A DNA stretch of 64,000 nt from Schmidtea nova (lineage: Eukaryota): assembly GCA_044892505.1 (NCBI GenBank), contig CM097882.1, forward strand, positions 186,000,001-186,064,000, read 5' to 3'. Shown in pieces: positions 14,801-30,361 of the stretch; the stretch's first letter is position 1; each line of letters starts with the position of its first letter. The position numbers and the translations under genes are program-made. A model generated the notes under the pieces. The model saw only the letters and a program-made list of their open reading frames with translations, was not told the origin of the DNA and ran no database searches.

Positions 14801-17800
14801 NNNNNNNNNNNNNNNNNNNNNNNNNNNNNNNNNNNNNNNNNNNNNNNNNNNNNNNNNNNNNNNNNNNNNNNNNNNNNNNNNNNNNNNNNNNNNNNNNNNN
14901 NNNNNNNNNNNNNNNNNNNNNNNNNNNNNNNNNNNNNNNNNNNNNNNNNNNNNNNNNNNNNNNNNNNNNNNNNNNNNNNNNNNNNNNNNNNNNNNNNNNN
15001 NNNNNNNNNNNNNNNNNNNNNNNNNNNNNNNNNNNNNNNNNNNNNNNNNNNNNNNNNNNNNNNNNNNNNNNNNNNNNNNNNNNNNNNNNNNNNNNNNNNN
15101 NNNNNNNNNNNNNNNNNNNNNNNNNNNNNNNNNNNNNNNNNNNNNNNNNNNNNNNNNTGAATTTTAACCAACGCAGAAAATAATAGATATTCCTCACTTA
15201 ATGTTAGTTGTTTGATATAGTTAGCACCCACTTTGGGGTTTGCGGAAAAAAATATTTGCGGAAAAAAATAATTGAATTAATTGAATAATTGAATTTTTTA
15301 AAAATTTTTGTATTAAAAAAATTTTTATACTGAATAAAAATATTTTATAATAAACTTATTTTCAATTTAAAAAATAATAAAAAGCTATCAAAATGATGCA
15401 ATTTGTGATTTAGAATTAAATTTTTATTTAGTTTTTGAAATACCGTTCATTTTATTGTGTTTAGTGTTCTACTCCTTTATGCAAATCCGTAATACATAAA
15501 GAATGCAGAAGTCCAACGACTGTATCATTTTATTGTCGTAGATGTATACAACACTTAAAAGTACAACAAACAATTACTTTGGCCGACTGTGATTCTGCAA
15601 ATTTACATTTATTTTGAATTTACATCAAGATCTTATGAATTCTATTTATGGATTATTTTCGATATATGGGCACATTGTAAAATTACGTCTCACTTTTATT
15701 ATCATCGTATAATTTACAGAAAAAAAACTATTTTATCAACATTGATTTGTAATAATTGTATGTGTTTAATTATTCGTTTTTACAAGGAATTTCTTAAATA
15801 AATCTCCATTTTTCAGAAATTGGTATCATCATATTCGGAAGCTTCCAGAAAATAATAAATGTATATACCAACTAAATAATTATTAATAAATAATTATTAA
15901 CAATTTATTATGAGATCTATCAATATTTACTGTTGCTTGCTTACCACTGGTTAAATAAATGATAAAAGTTAAAAAGGTACAAAATTTTATCATTTATTTA
16001 TTTGGTTGGAAGTTATTACTTATTTTAAAATGTTAAGATCTACACAATGATTCTCTAAACATATTCTCGTTTATGTCTTTCTATTATTAATTTATAAAGC
16101 TTGTTCTCATGCAAATAATAGTCCACTTCTAAAACGTAAATCATTATATAATTTTCAAATTACCTTGGCTTATTCGTCTTGTTTGTAATTATTTGTAATT
16201 ACCTTGTTTGGATCATAGTCCTTGTTTTCTAAGATGTCTATTACACATTTAAAATTAGAGTCTTGTTTCTGTTTCCAATCTTCTGCTATACCGGTTATTG
16301 ATATAATACTCTAAATTTCGATTTCAGGTTGTCGAAATCTTTCTGATGAATCGCATCCACACTCTTAAGAATTTCTTTGTTTCTTAACTACTAGAGTCTC
16401 CAATCCGAACATTCGAACCCCGGCTATATTCGCCTGTTGTTAAGTATTAGCTATTCAAATACTTTAAAAAATTATCTTTTTCATATTTATTTTATAAGAT
16501 TTTTCATATTTTTTCTAAACGAACCAAGTGTTTACAAACACTGAAGTCAATTTCTGCAAGCATTTATACAATTCAGGTATACTATTTCATTTTTCAAAGT
16601 ACCGCTAGATGTAAGTTGGATATCTGTTGCATTTACCTTTTTCGTCTTCTGCATAACTCGGAGTCGCCTTTCTATTCTTTAATATTTAGCTTTCATAAAT
16701 ACTAGAACAAACAAACAAGAAGCTAAATATAAAATGATCATAAAACACTTTATTATAGTTTTAGAGATAATAGAAAAAAAACTTACTATTTCCGAATTAA
16801 CTTGTACATAGGGTGTGAGATTTGAAGTAATACAAACATTTGAAACAATTTATCAGCTTTCGAGGGAATATTGACTCGTCTGTATCTCTACGAAAAGTTT
16901 GAGTGTACATTCTGTAAGTTATTAATCACAAATCTTACATTTTTGGAGAAACATTTGCCAGTAATAATTATTCTATATGGATTCCTATTTACAGTTAATA
17001 ACATACAAAATCATTGCATTTTTGTACTTGTAAATTTTTAATAATTTTAGTTAGTTATGTCGAAACGTTCAAATTTATGGACTTAGCTTTTACGGAAAGA
17101 AGATTGTAATTGCTATGTGTAATAAATGTGGTTAAAGTATTTGATGATTTATATCTGCTTTGATAAATTATTTGAAATATCATGACATTTATAAATGAGA
17201 TCGTAAACAAAAATGCGACTGAAATCAAAGTGTAAAGAAGATAAAAATTAACAAACTAGTTACTATTTTGAATTTTATCAATTACTGCAATGACTAATTC
17301 GAAAACCATAAAAGGCTACGTAGAATCCAAAGGCAATAGAAGGCCGAAAAATTCAACCATTACATGGAATATTATTGGATAGTAAGAAAAAATGAACTTC
17401 GTTTTATTTTCAAAGACGTAAAAAGAAAATTTGGTATTTTCTATTGCGGTAGGCGAATAGACCAATTGTGCGATTACCCGATATTTAGGTGTAACCGTTC
17501 AAGTTCTTGCAACTGATGATAAACAATTTGAACCTTTTGTCTTTGAATTATCTGAAATAAAAGAGAAGGGGAATACCGAAAATTTCAAAATATTAATTGA
17601 AAAAAAACTGGCTGAATTTGTTATTGATATAAATAATGACGCGGTAGCTTCAACTAATGACAATGCAACGACTTATTGGGCGCACCATGTATATAATGGC
17701 TATGTAGCAGGTGATCGGAAGAAGAATATAACCTTTATTACATGTGATTCTATCCTCCATATCTTTATTTTCATAAAAGCTTAATCGTGCCATATCAAAT

Positions 17801-17859
17801 TTAGATTTACATAAATAATATATTTATTTTTAAATATGGTATCGTTTTGAACAGAAAGT

Positions 17860-19400
17860 CTTCTGGACACTTTATATTCATATTCATCTTGGATCTTTGT
17901 AACTAAATCTTCAATGTTATATGTACTTTTACTGCTTTTGATCATTGGCGCAACATCAATTTTAGGATTTAATCAACTCAAGCAAACAACAAATTCGGCA
18001 ATAATAATAAACTCACAGGGTATACCTTCGTTGACAACTATGAATGAATGACCATTAAATGTTTTAAGATTAAGTATTATTGTAATAAATTGATTAAGAT
18101 CTAAACTTTCATCTTCCTTCACTAAAAAGAATTGGTTAGTAACACAACAATTACTAAAATAATAAAAATCTTTTATTCATCTCATTATAACATATTTTAT
18201 TCTCAGCATTTTCCAATTTTTGAAATACCTTGAACAACATATTCCATTTAAATTCAACAACTGCATCCTCTAACCAAGTCTTATTTTCAATACTTTTTAA
18301 ATTACAATTATTAAATATTGATTTACTTTCTTGACCATAACGAAAATCATTACCTGAACAAGCATTTATTTCAAATTTTAAAAGGTTCTAAAGAACTTGA
18401 ATCATTAAAAGCATTTTTATTATTGTCACACATTTTAATATTTGCAACATTACATTTAGGTCTAAAATTACAATGTTTAATTTTTGTTTAAACCATCGAT
18501 TATTATTATTTATGGATATTATCAGCCATTTTTAATTCAACCTTTAATAATTTTATGCATTAAGTCATATATATCATCATAATCAATTACACAAGATGCT
18601 ATTTTTAAATCATCATTAATACCCTCCAAAAACTGATCAATAATAAGATTTTGAACATTTACATCATAAACTGAAGTAGATTTAAATGCCTTTTTAGCTG
18701 AAGAAGTTAAAGCATACTAAATTCGTCTGGCAGCTCCTTTTAAATACAGTGGCAGTCTTTATACCATTATCGCTTTGCGCCATCCATAGGCTGTAGTATA
18801 CATGTAGTAATCTGCCATGAAATCAATGAATTCCACCGGATATCCTCCATATTGGTTTACTGGCAGTTTTTGACAGCTAGCATAGACATTGCCATTTACG
18901 TTGTTTGTCTAAATGGCGTGTCATTATGACCATTTGAGTTGCTCATTTTGATTATTGGTGGTTTGTTACTTCTTAATTGGTAAAATGGTCGGTTTGGTAC
19001 AACTTTTACTCTTATAAATTTTAATATATCAATTATAAAATTTACCTTTTATTTTAATTTTTTGACAATAAAATTTTTCCACAATTTTCTAACAAACGTT
19101 TTTCACTTTTGATTCAATTTACCAAATATGCTCACGTCGGAATTTAATAAAATTTTCTCGATCAATTAATTTTAATTCTCAAGAATAAGTCACCCACTTT
19201 TAATCAATTTGTAAAAATTCACACCTTTTTAAATTTCACAAATAATTTTTAATTTCTTTTTACACAACTTTCATCGACTCAGATCCCGTTGGAATTTACA
19301 GCAACTTTTAATTTCTGTTCAACAATTGACAATAAAAATTTAATTTACTTATGAAATGCTTCACCGACTTTGATCACGTTGGGCTCACCAAATATGTTGG
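17860..19400 (-). mobile_element. Decayed Gypsy-type LTR retrotransposon 5' part (LTR end, PBS, gag/protease remnant)
   Basis: Minus strand reads ...CCAACA-TATT-TGGTGAGCCC at ~19381-19400 (LTR end plus PBS-like); broken gag-like frames downstream. Confidence 0.4.
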
Positions 19401-19934
19401 ATTAATAATGACTCCTGTGTTCTCTTTTTATCACGACAATAAATTAGACCCAACACAATAATTTTTATTTTTTGATTCAATAACAACACTCTAAATCACA
19501 GAAAGTTATCAATGTTCTGGTCTCTGCGATAGGGTAGAACACTCAATGGGATATCTCCCTTTCTGGTACGCAGGAAATTGATCCATCGATACTTTATAAC
19601 GTATTACCGTTTCAGCTTCCTTTTTTATGGTATTTTTAATGAATAAAACTTTGTTAAAAATAATTGGTTTCATTGTATTTAGTTTTATATTTCTTTAGAC
19701 CGTTATGTTGATTTATTTTTAAAAATTTTATATGTTATTAAGATTGGACTCGGTCTGGCTTTATCGTTCGGATTTTTCATCCTGAATAGTATAAAAAATG
19801 TTTATGATTTATTTCAATAGTTTTTATTTCTGTTTACAAATAATAATAAATTTCATCAGCTCTTGCAGTTCCCCTCTGTTGAATTACCTTTATATCTTTC
19901 AAATACTCTCGCATTCGTTTCATTCGTTTTTATA

Positions 19935-21279
19935 CAGGATAAGTTTTGTCCGGTGAAACATGTATAAATTTCAAAACATCAAAAATGTCAATCATCTGTG
20001 TCAGAGAGATGTTCAAAATTTGCACCATTATGAAGGACACATCGGCGCCATCGATCAGGCAGTTTCCTTATTCCATCGGCGAAGAAGCTGCGTGGTTTAC
20101 TGTCCAACCAAGCGTCCAGAACCACTTGAATTTCCTCAACTCCGTTGAAATCTCTTCCACTAAGCGCAGATTTCAAAGGGAAAAACAAATATAAATCGGA
20201 TGGTGCGAGATCTGGTGAGTAAGGCGGGTGAAGCAGAACAGTAAAACCAATGTCAGTAAGTTTTAGCACAGATTTGGCTTCCGTATGGGGTCGTGCATTG
20301 TCGTGGAGATAGTTAATTTGATGAAACCCACCACCAAGAAGACGGCGTCGCTTTTGTTGTATTGCTGTCACCAGACGTGAGAGCTGTTCTCAGTAAACAT
20401 CAGCAGTGATTGTAGCACCCTGCGGCAGAATATCCATCATAATCACACCTTTACAGTCCCAAAAGACGGACATGAGATGTTTCCTAGGTGAGAGGGTGAT
20501 GCGAACTTCCACATTAAGGGCATCACCCTGGCCTCTCCACAACGGTGGTGATAGGTTACGTCGTTAGTCCAATAGAACCAGACTTCATCCATTATAATGA
20601 GCTGACTGAGGAAGTCATTAGCAGCATACTTGTACAGCAGCTCGTTGCATACTTTCTCACGGTTGGCCATTTGTTGCTCGGACAACTTATGTGGGACCCA
20701 GTGGTTGCACAGGTAACACATTATCATTACAAGCAGATGATTTCGAATATTCTGCTGACAAACTTCAAGCTCCACGCTCATTTCCACAGTACTGTTGTGC
20801 TCCTCCAAAAGAGCTAGAATTTTGTCGTTGATATCAAGAGAGGGCCTTCCGCATGGCTCTTTGTCTTCAACATCAAAGATTCCTTCCTTGAAGTTTGCAA
20901 CCCAGCGTCGACAACTGCGCTCATTTGTTGTGTCCTTTCCCAGTGTCAAATTTATTTCATTTGCAATCTAAGAAGGCACTAATCCACGTTTCCAATTGTA
21001 GTAGATTAACTTGCGGATATTCTCTCGTGCGAAATTCATTTCAAATCGACGTATTCTAATGAAAACAAAAAGTATTTCAGTCAAACAAGAAATTTAATAA
21101 AATTTCTTAATCCATATCAAAGTTAAAAGCAATATTAAAAATTATTAATAAGTGATTTTTTTAATTTTACAAATCTACAACATATGTAGCATAGACACAC
21201 AATGTTACAGACCTATACATTCATTACAGCATTGGAAAACTGAGTATGAGCACCGGACAAAACTTTTTGGTTTATCCTG
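19935..21279 (-). mobile_element. Full-length inactive mariner (DD34D) transposon
   Basis: TA flanks; TIRs CAGGATAA..GTTTTGTCCGGTG / CACCGGACAAAAC..TTATCCTG; transposase pieces with WVPHKL, HDNARPH and YSPDLAPSD; broken by stop and frameshift. Confidence 0.93.
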
Positions 21280-21480
21280 TAGTTCTCACATTCGATTCTA
21301 TAAAGTTCATTTAACTAAAATTAAATTATATATAGAAAGTTATCAGTTAAAAATATGTAAACAAATATTCGAAATATTATTCACTTAACAAAAACATAAA
21401 AATCCTATTCAATTAAATATAAACATTATCGTGTGAGTTATGGGTAATAATTAATGATAATTACCAACATCTGTATAGGT

Positions 21481-21750
21481 GATTATATATTGACGCGTGT
21501 GTTAACCTTAGCAACAACTGCCATGGAGATTATATATTGATGTGTGTGTCTACCTTAACTACAGGTTCTGAGGAACTCCATATCGACGGGTGTGTTAACA
21601 TTTGTAACAGGTTCTGCGGGGAATACACCTTAATGTGTGAATTTACGTTAGCAACAAGTTCTTCGAAGAAAACACATTGTTGTGTGTTTAACCTAGCAAT
21701 ATCTTCCCGGGACATTATATATTGACGTGTGTGTTTACCCTAGCAACCCT
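21481..21750. repeat. Degenerate ~45-50 bp minisatellite (GATTATATATTGACGTGTGTGTTAACCTTAGCAAC core)
   Basis: About 5-6 imperfect copies visible. Confidence 0.7.
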
Positions 21751-22912
21751 TGCTACGTGAAAAAAAGTGGTGGGGTGCGCTCACAATCCCCTACTACTAA
21801 CGATCTTAACCCAAAGAATTCAGTCGAAACAACAGTCAGTCTATACATTCGAAATCGAAACCCAAAGACAAAGAAACAGAACAAACTAAATACGAAAAAA
21901 ATGAATTGATACAAGCAAGACATTATAATAAATAATTTTCATGTACATAACTGAAACATTTCACTTGAAAAAATTTGTAATTGACCGGTTACCATATGTA
22001 ACCACTGCTTGTCTCAAAACATTTTGACATTGATCTATCATTCGAATTGTATATGTATATGTATAAAGTATTATATTATGTGTATAGGATAGTGTTCATG
22101 TAATAGACTGTGGCTTTAGTGGTCATATATCTAAATAGATTGCGGGACGCAATCTTAATGGGTAATTGAGTGTTATATGGCTGATAGAAGTGAAGTTAAA
22201 TTTTTATTTTGATGCGTCGTAAAATGAATATATACAAAAAAGAGAATGTAAAGTTCACGAAAACACATAAGAGAATTAAGCAGGAAAATAGCACAAAATT
22301 ATATAGAATATTAAAACACAAATAGTAGACATGTGAACTGCATTTCATAAATCAGACAAAAATATGGATAAAACGATAAACAAATGTAAAAAGAAAGAAC
22401 ACAATTTGAGTGCAGATCAAATTTACATATGAAAGACCGCACAAGATTTGAATGGTGAAGATCATTGTAAAAAAAGCATGATCGAAGAATAAAATTTGTA
22501 TTAAATTAAGGAGGTTAATTTTTTAAAAATTATAGAAAAAATCCTTATCAAAACATCGTAAAAATTACAAAGATAAGAATAAAAATAGAAAAATTCGATC
22601 ATTTAGTCAATTATAGCGTGAAAAATGACGCCATACTGAATTATTAATAAATATTTAGAAAATAAATTAAATTGATTATAAAATTAAATTTACGGGAAAA
22701 AANNNNNNNNNNNNNNNNNNNNNNNNNNNNNNNNNNNNNNNNNNNNNNNNNNNNNNNNNNNNNNNNNNNNNNNNNNNNNNNNNNNNNNNNNNNNNNNNNN
22801 NNNNNNNNNNNNNNNNNNNNNNNNNNNNNNNNNNNNNNNATTTTAATTAACACAATGCGTGGGTGACACCCAAAAATAGTATAAATAGACGCTGAAAAAT
22901 CATAATTTAAAC

Positions 22913-23910
22913 CAGTGGTTTCCAACCTGTGAAGAGCGCCCCCCAGGTGGGGGGCGCGAGACTGTTGCAAGGGGGCATGCAGCAGTTTCTAAACTATCAT
23001 TTTCGAATACAAACCAAAAAAGTCGAATAGGTGTCAAAAAAATGAATCAGCGGTATACGTAATCCACAATCCTCGCCGCGAAATTTACGCAAAAAGACAA
23101 GATTACTGCATTTATGAAAAAATTGGAACTGTGGATGATAAGTTTGAAAAATAATAACTTTGACATGTTTCCCACTTTTAAAATTATCTGTCTTGCTGAT
23201 GAAATAGAAGAAAGTAAAGTTCTTATTAATAATCATTTGACCAGTCTATGGAAGCAATTCTCGTTGTAATTTAAAGATCTTGACATGTCCAAATATGAAT
23301 TGATTAGAAACCCATTTGTGATTGAAAAATATGATGATTTTGGCCTTACGACAGCAGAGCAGGAAATGATAATCGACTTATCTAGTGATAGCACATTAAA
23401 GCAGATGTTTCTAGATGTAAATAATATTGTTACGTTTTGGCTACGAGTAAAGGATGATTTTCCTACTTTGACAAACAAAGCTTTAGAAATTTTATTGCCA
23501 TTTGTAACATTTTACCTTTGTGAAACTGGTTTTTCTACAGTAGCTGTCTTAAAAACAAAGTATAGATCTCGCCTAATGATTGAAAAGGAACTGAGAACCA
23601 CGATTTCTTTAATAATACCACGGTTTGAGAAAATTTGTGCTGAAAAACAAGCTCAACCGTAACATTAAATTTTTAATTATATATTCTTTTTTTGTTTTGT
23701 TATTATATTTCTTATAATAAATATATTATATTTTTACATAATATTGTATATTATTTTGTAGCCCATTAAATAAATTATAATATCAGTTGAGTATTTATGA
23801 AATTTGATTTTTAGATAAATTAACGGGACGCAACAATTTGTTTTTTAAAGAGGGGGGCACCAACTTTTTTTTTAAAAGGGGGGGCAGTACAAAAAGGTTG
23901 GAAACCACTG
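22913..23910 (+). mobile_element. Internally deleted hAT (Charlie/Buster-like) element with C-terminal dimerisation-domain ORF 23285-23662
   Basis: TIR CAGTGGTTTCCAACCT / AGGTTGGAAACCACTG; 8-bp TSD ATTTAAAC/ATTTAAAT; protein motifs FW...LLPF.T.YLCETGFS...KTKYRSRL. Confidence 0.9.
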
Positions 23911-25607
23911 ATTTAAATAGTTAGCTGTAAACTACAAAAAACACTTTTAAACTTTTACTTTTGTGGACCGACGTTTTTTTATATTCATTCTACCACCCAG
24001 TAGTCAGTTGAATTTTTCAGTCTTGCGGAGTGAACCAATACCTAGGTTTCTGTTTTTTTGTTAATAATGTTATTTTTTGTAATTATTAAGTTTGTACCTG
24101 TAATCAATAATAAATATTTGAATCAAAAATTTTATTTGTTATGTTCTGTCTCAATTTGATTTTCCCGATTAAAAGGATTTTTGCAGGGGCCTCATTGGTT
24201 CATTAGTCACGAGTCCTGAATCAGTTAGAAATGTTTAGCCCGAATAATCGGTTCCTTTCTACCATCGTTTTATTAATCATAGAATGGCGAGTGAAAAAAA
24301 AGAAATTAAGGGGTGTTTTTTAGATATTTTTGATTATAAATACGTGTACATTTTTAATATAATTAGAGTAAGAGTATAGAATGTTAAGAATTGATAAATT
24401 TAAATGACTTTTAGAAGTAGAAAGTAGCTTGACGCGTAAGACGTTCTATTGGCAGTAGGAACCCACTCCGAATGGTGAAGCCTGGAGTAGTCCTAACAAA
24501 GGTACTCACCTGCGAACTTGCATTCGATTGTTCTGTACAGTACCAAAGTATATGGGAAAAAGTATGGACAGGTATACACACTGTGAATATTTACGTGTTG
24601 TGAAGTGACCTAGATCCGATAGCAATAATAAATTAAAATTCACATCTAACCAACAATACTATAGTGCAAAATATTAAAAATACATCATACACACAAAGGA
24701 AATCATCACAAATACAAAATATAATCACACTATACTATAAAAAACATCACGATTAAGATATGGGAAAAATTAATTTTGCTAATTTTTAGTTAACCCAGGC
24801 CAACAAATACATTAAAAACACAGACTCAGTAAAAAGTATGTGGTTATATAAACGAAATTAACGCGAGCTCTGTGTAACTAAAAGCATAATCCCAGGGGCC
24901 GCACTACTTAAAATCTTTACAATGATTAAAACACAAATCTAAAAAAAAATCTAAAGAAAAAAAAATTAAAAACCATGTGGTTCGTTTCGCGCCGCGTGTT
25001 TGTAACCCATGCATTATAGTGAATTTTGGATTTGAATAAATGAACGAAGGCACCACGAAACGAAAACTTGATGATTCACTTAAATGAAAAGCGTAAAAGC
25101 AGCATTCCCAATATAATAATATTTAAACGCATCAAAAATTAAAATGTGATTTTCACTACCATTTATTAAGTACGCTTCAGCAGCAGGGAAAATACAACCT
25201 TTAATATTATAATCTGCATAAAATAAGTTTAATTAATTATTAAATATTTACAAGAATATTTGAACTTCTCGATTTGAATATTTATTAAAATTGGATGAAA
25301 AATTAAAAAACAAACTAATTAACATTTAAAATATTACATAACTCAACATTAACAACTATAGACATGACGTAATGCAACTGATGCGCTAGTATTCCACTAC
25401 TTTAAAATATTTTTTATAAATACAGATATTTGTAATTTTCAATGGAATTGTATTTTAGAATTCATAGATAACTTTGTAATGTTATCCTATCATTTAGATA
25501 AATATTTATAATAAAAACATACATACATACCCAATGATTGCATATAGTATAATTTTAAGCTCAAAAAATTTTAAAACTAACAATTAAATAAAAATGTGAA
25601 AGACGAT

Positions 25608-25991
25608 TTATTTTTCTATAATTAAATCAAATGTTAGATTTAGAACTCGTATTTCTTTATGTGATATATCATCATTTAATTTTAAATGATGGTGTAAAAT
25701 TTCTCTTTTATCACTAGCCAAAATAAATCTATACAAGTGATAATTAAAATAAAAATCCCCAACAGCTCTATTTAATATTCGACGAACGTTATTCAATTCT
25801 TTATTTATCTAGAAAAAAATGATTAGTAATAAATATAAATAAAAATAAACTTCAAGTATAAAATCATTTATGATACTTTTCAATATTATTGGATCTTCGT
25901 TTTCAAACAGCTTATCCGAAATAGTATTACAGGAATCAGTAGAAGCTGAATACATTAAAAATCTTAATAAATTTGACCAATCCGCTTCCAA
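25608..25991 (-). CDS. Exons of an unidentified host gene (other candidate exons ~27650-27895 and ~42076-42345)
   Basis: A 42-bp GT-AG intron (25809-25850) joins the two minus-strand ORFs in frame (...DFILE|INKELNNVRRIL...); no family recognised. Confidence 0.4.
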
Positions 25992-28475
25992 GATACATTA
26001 AATTTCCGGTAGCCCTCTAATCAAATGAGTATAAATAAATTAAATATCTTACAAACTAGAAGTATGAGCAACTAATTCCATCCCTGAATACAATTTAGCA
26101 GTTATAAATGTATACGTGCATACACTGTGATTGTTGGCTTAATACAACCCTAAAAGTTGGGAAATCTAAGAATAATAAAAAGAAACAAAAGACAAAAGAA
26201 AATAAAAAGAAAAAAAGGAATTATAAAAAGAAAAAATAATAATAAAAAAAGGAATAAAAACCAATATGAAATTAAATAATACCGATTAAATGGTGAACGC
26301 CGATACAAAACCCCGAATTAAGGAATTAAATAGAAACAAATAAAAAATTAGAAATAATTTAAATGAAACAAGGACAAATAAAAGAAAATAAATTAACCAA
26401 AAAGTCCCAATTTAATTGTATAATTCAAGTCGATTTGTACGACGAATTGCGGGTGTCAAAAATTCTGATTGGCTGATCTGGTCCAGAAACTAGTATATAA
26501 GACCAGCCAATTTCAGTACTAAAACTAACTTAAAAACTTTTACCTGAACACAATTTTTATCTGTATTCGTGGTAAATCAGAATACTTGTAATACTTGTAA
26601 TACTTGGCATTGTAATTGTATTCTATACAAGTTAAATCAAGTAATTTAATTGTTTGTGTTATTTATTAATTTTCATATTATGGATAACCAGTCTTATAGT
26701 TTTTCGTTTCAACGTGTTTGAGACTTCGTGGTTATTAGGATCGGGAAGGTCTGACTTGTCGCCAATTTTCGTTAGTTTCAGCTATTCGCTTCGTACTGGG
26801 ATATGGAGTGGCTGGTTCGAATCATCGGAGTGTAGATAGTATTACAGATAATTCGATGAGAGATAGACGATAAAAAGAGGTTAAAAACGACAACAGCAGC
26901 CTGTCTTGAGCGACGACGTCAGCATAAAATAATAAATAAACTATCTAGGTAGCTCAATGGTAATTAATAGAAATGACGTAGAATAGTTTCATCAAAATTA
27001 AATCATTATAATTAACACTGGTAATAATTTAAGAAAAAGGAGCAGTAAGATATGTGAGTTCTAGAAAAATTAGTTCACCGAACGAGGAATGAATTGGCAA
27101 ATGGATTTAGCCGATAACGGAGTAGAGTCGCAAGTTGCAAGTAGTCGTGAGAAATCAAAGGAAATTCGTTGATTTAAATCTCTTAATAATAAATTCTCCA
27201 CTCCGGAAACAAGCAGATGAGTTAATGAATATCGGAGATAAATATTCGACTCCCATGTAGAAGTTTAAAATAAATGCATTAGTGACTACGGAAATAAGAG
27301 ATTTCCATTATTGAAGTATCTGAGTTCACTGACACCAGAGCGGAAGCCTTTAGGGATATAAGATGAGAGACACGATCCCGCATTTTTATGTAATGGTTGG
27401 TTGTTGACCGTCAATATGACCTTGACGTTTCTTGATCGTTTTCATGGAATACTCTATATTTAATCTCACTTCTTCAGCCTCTCTTGTTGTTTGAGTTTAG
27501 AAAATTTTGACTTGGCAGGATTTCTCGAATTTCTCTAGGGACTTGATTGATGTTATTTAGTATGTGTTCGTTGGAGTGATGCTCGATTGTTTGGTTGATA
27601 AATTCCAATAGTGTCCAATTTTAAAAGAAAAATGGATAACTGTTTTTCGACTAGAGCTGATTGCAAATTTTTTTAGATTTGATTAATGTCCAAACAATGC
27701 TAGAGTCTGATTGATCGATATTAGATTTATTAGTAATACAAATCAATGATTCCAAAATAGTAGGCAAAGATGTTTCATAACCGAATTGGGTTACATGCTC
27801 AATTAATGGCTTAAAGCATGCTTCTTGATCCCATGGATTTTTACAGATGTCTGTCACATCATTGCGATAGAATTCAGAAACATGTGACGATCGACTATAT
27901 AAGAAATTATATATTGTTCATTGGCCTGTTCTCGAGTTTTTAGGATAAAATTAGATGTGTTTTTCATTACTGATTTAGTATAGGATTTATTTCATTATTG
28001 TAGTTTAATTAGTTTATGGTTGTTTAGGGTCTTTTAGTTCTTTGTTGTATTGATCTTTTATCACATTATTATTAGTATTACTTTAATTTTGCTTCTTTTG
28101 TTGTTAGTGTTCTGGTCCCTATATTTCATATTTTCATGTTCTTGTTTGCTTCTCTTGAATTGTTAATTTTGTCATTGATTTGGTTCATTTGTCTTATATT
28201 CATTTCTTCCTATCTGATTCTGTAATTTATTTTGATGGTACTTTCTTACTTCTTTCTTACTCTGACTTCCAGTTTATGTCGTTGATGTTGGATTATCACA
28301 TCTCTATGCGCACTCGTTGATTTGTAGCCATTTGCTTCTTGATTTGCTGCAACTAGTTGTGTTTGTTATTCTCCAACAGTTCCAGCATCTTCAATTATCT
28401 TGGCTTCACTATTTGTATTCTCAGTCTAGTCTCTGTAAGTACGTCTTGGTTTATTGTAAATTTCATTATGTATCG

Positions 28476-28838
28476 CAGGGCTTCTTAAACTTTTGTCATT
28501 CACGACCCCATCTATGATTGTGGATTTTTTTGGTGACCCCATATAAATATAAAATAAAGATATAAATATTTTATGATGATTTATTGATTAGGTTTAGAAT
28601 TTGTTTAGAAACATAAAAATATAAAATTAAAAATTGAACAAAAAGTTGTTAAATTGTATTTATTATAGTTACAAAAATTATATGCTGTATTTTTCATCAA
28701 AATTTCAGTTTTGGTAATAAAACATTTAAATTTTATTTTAAATTCGTGTATTTAAATATTTTACATTTAAATCTCGCGACCCCAGGATTTTGATAAGTGA
28801 CCCGTTTGGGGTCGGGACCCATAGTTTAAGAAGCCCTG
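28476..28838. mobile_element. hAT-type MITE
   Basis: TIR CAGGGCTTCTTAAACT / AGTTTAAGAAGCCCTG; 8-bp TSD ATGTATCG/ATGTATTG; no ORF. Confidence 0.88.
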
Positions 28839-29879
28839 ATGTATTGGGCCCAACCATCTTTTAATTTTATTTTCGATCTCTTACTTTTCTGCATTTTTTC
28901 AGAACTCTACTTCATTTGTGGTCATAATTTTCCTTGGTAATTCTCTCAGCTTGATTTGAGTCTTTCCATGATTTTGTCTGTCATTTCAACCAAAATACTT
29001 GATGATTTGTATGGTGTTTTTCCCTTTTTTCTTTGCGTCCGTTTGTCCTAGTCTTTCTACTTCTTCGTAATAGAAATCTCCATACTTTTAAGATCATCTT
29101 TAAACGTAAATATGTATACGTTTTTTCGTCATATTTCATCTGTATATCGTATTTCTATTTGTTTGGTCCATTCTCTCATATTTCTATAGGATATTTTCTA
29201 TTTTTTAGCTTTATCTTTTATATATCTTGTAGCTTTTCCTCTACGGTTTCCAATTCACTGTTTCTTTCTCCTTTGTGGTAGACCTTTTATAGTACTTAGT
29301 TCGGTTTCACACTTTTCCCATTTCTCATTTACTGCTTGATATCGGCTCTTCTCGTTATCGAGTTCCTCCTGGTAGAATCAAACTATATTTTCATATCTAT
29401 TTTCTGCGCCTCTTTTATACATTTCGTCTTACTTTTCATATTTGTGCTTGAGCTTTGAGTGGTATCTGTTTCATCTGCTCATAAATAAGTGAACCACTTT
29501 TAGTTTTTCTAATTCTGCTTGGATATATTCCTTTTATCTGCCCATTTGTTTTCCTTGTTGATTTAGTTCTGCTTTTGCGTCTCTATCTTGTTCTCTCTTA
29601 TTCAATTTTTCTTCTTTTTCTACTTTCTTTTTTGCTTGCTTTAATAGATGCTCCTCCAAATGTGTTTTGCGTTTCGTTTTTGCAGTGACTATCATTTAAA
29701 CCATTTTTTTCAATAATCGTCAATTTGTTTACGTTTTTCTTGACTTTCATTTAGTTGCTTGATCTTTTTCTCATTTATATGCCTCTATGCCTCTACGCCT
29801 CCTTTAGTTTTTCCATTTCATCTTTTAATATGTTAGTGTCTTCCACTTTGTGCTTTGTGTCCACTAAATTTTATTGAAT

Positions 29880-30360
29880 CTGGCCCTTTCTATTTATGAT
29901 TAATGACAGCGATATATTTTTTTAGTCTGGTAATAAGATAAACAGTCTGTCTATGGATTCAAGTGAAAATAAAAATAAAATCTATGTTTTTGTCGATGTT
30001 TTTTGTCAATAATAATTGTGATAGCAATAAAAATTTTTAATGCAATAAAAAAATCATGCATTTACGGGTTAATATAGTTTCTTATTGTCTTGAATTGACG
30101 TTCTATCAAACCATTTGTATTATAGTGGTACGGACTTGAAAAGCAGTGTAATTCCCATTGATTTTGTAAAATCTTTCATCATCTTGGATTCAAATACTTT
30201 TCCACAATCTGTGTGAATTTTCTTTGGTGCTCCAAATCTAAAAATCCATTTTACTAGTATTGTTTCCTTTGCCGTTTCCTCATCCTGTTTAGCGACAGCC
30301 GTTAGAGAGATATATCTGCTAAATTGATCAATAATAGCGATTATATATCTTTTCTATCTG
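29880..30360 (-). pseudogene. Gypsy integrase core remnant
   Basis: Minus strand YIIAIIDQFSRYI...WIFRFGAPKKIHTDCGKVFES...PYHY.TNGLIERQFKTI. Confidence 0.75.
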
Positions 30361-30361
30361 A

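Noticed and set aside
12150-17700. Scattered LINE-like and hAT-like coding scraps (~12.2-12.5 kb, 16.1-16.7 kb, 17.2-17.7 kb)
   Set aside because: Too degraded to assign family or boundaries by eye.
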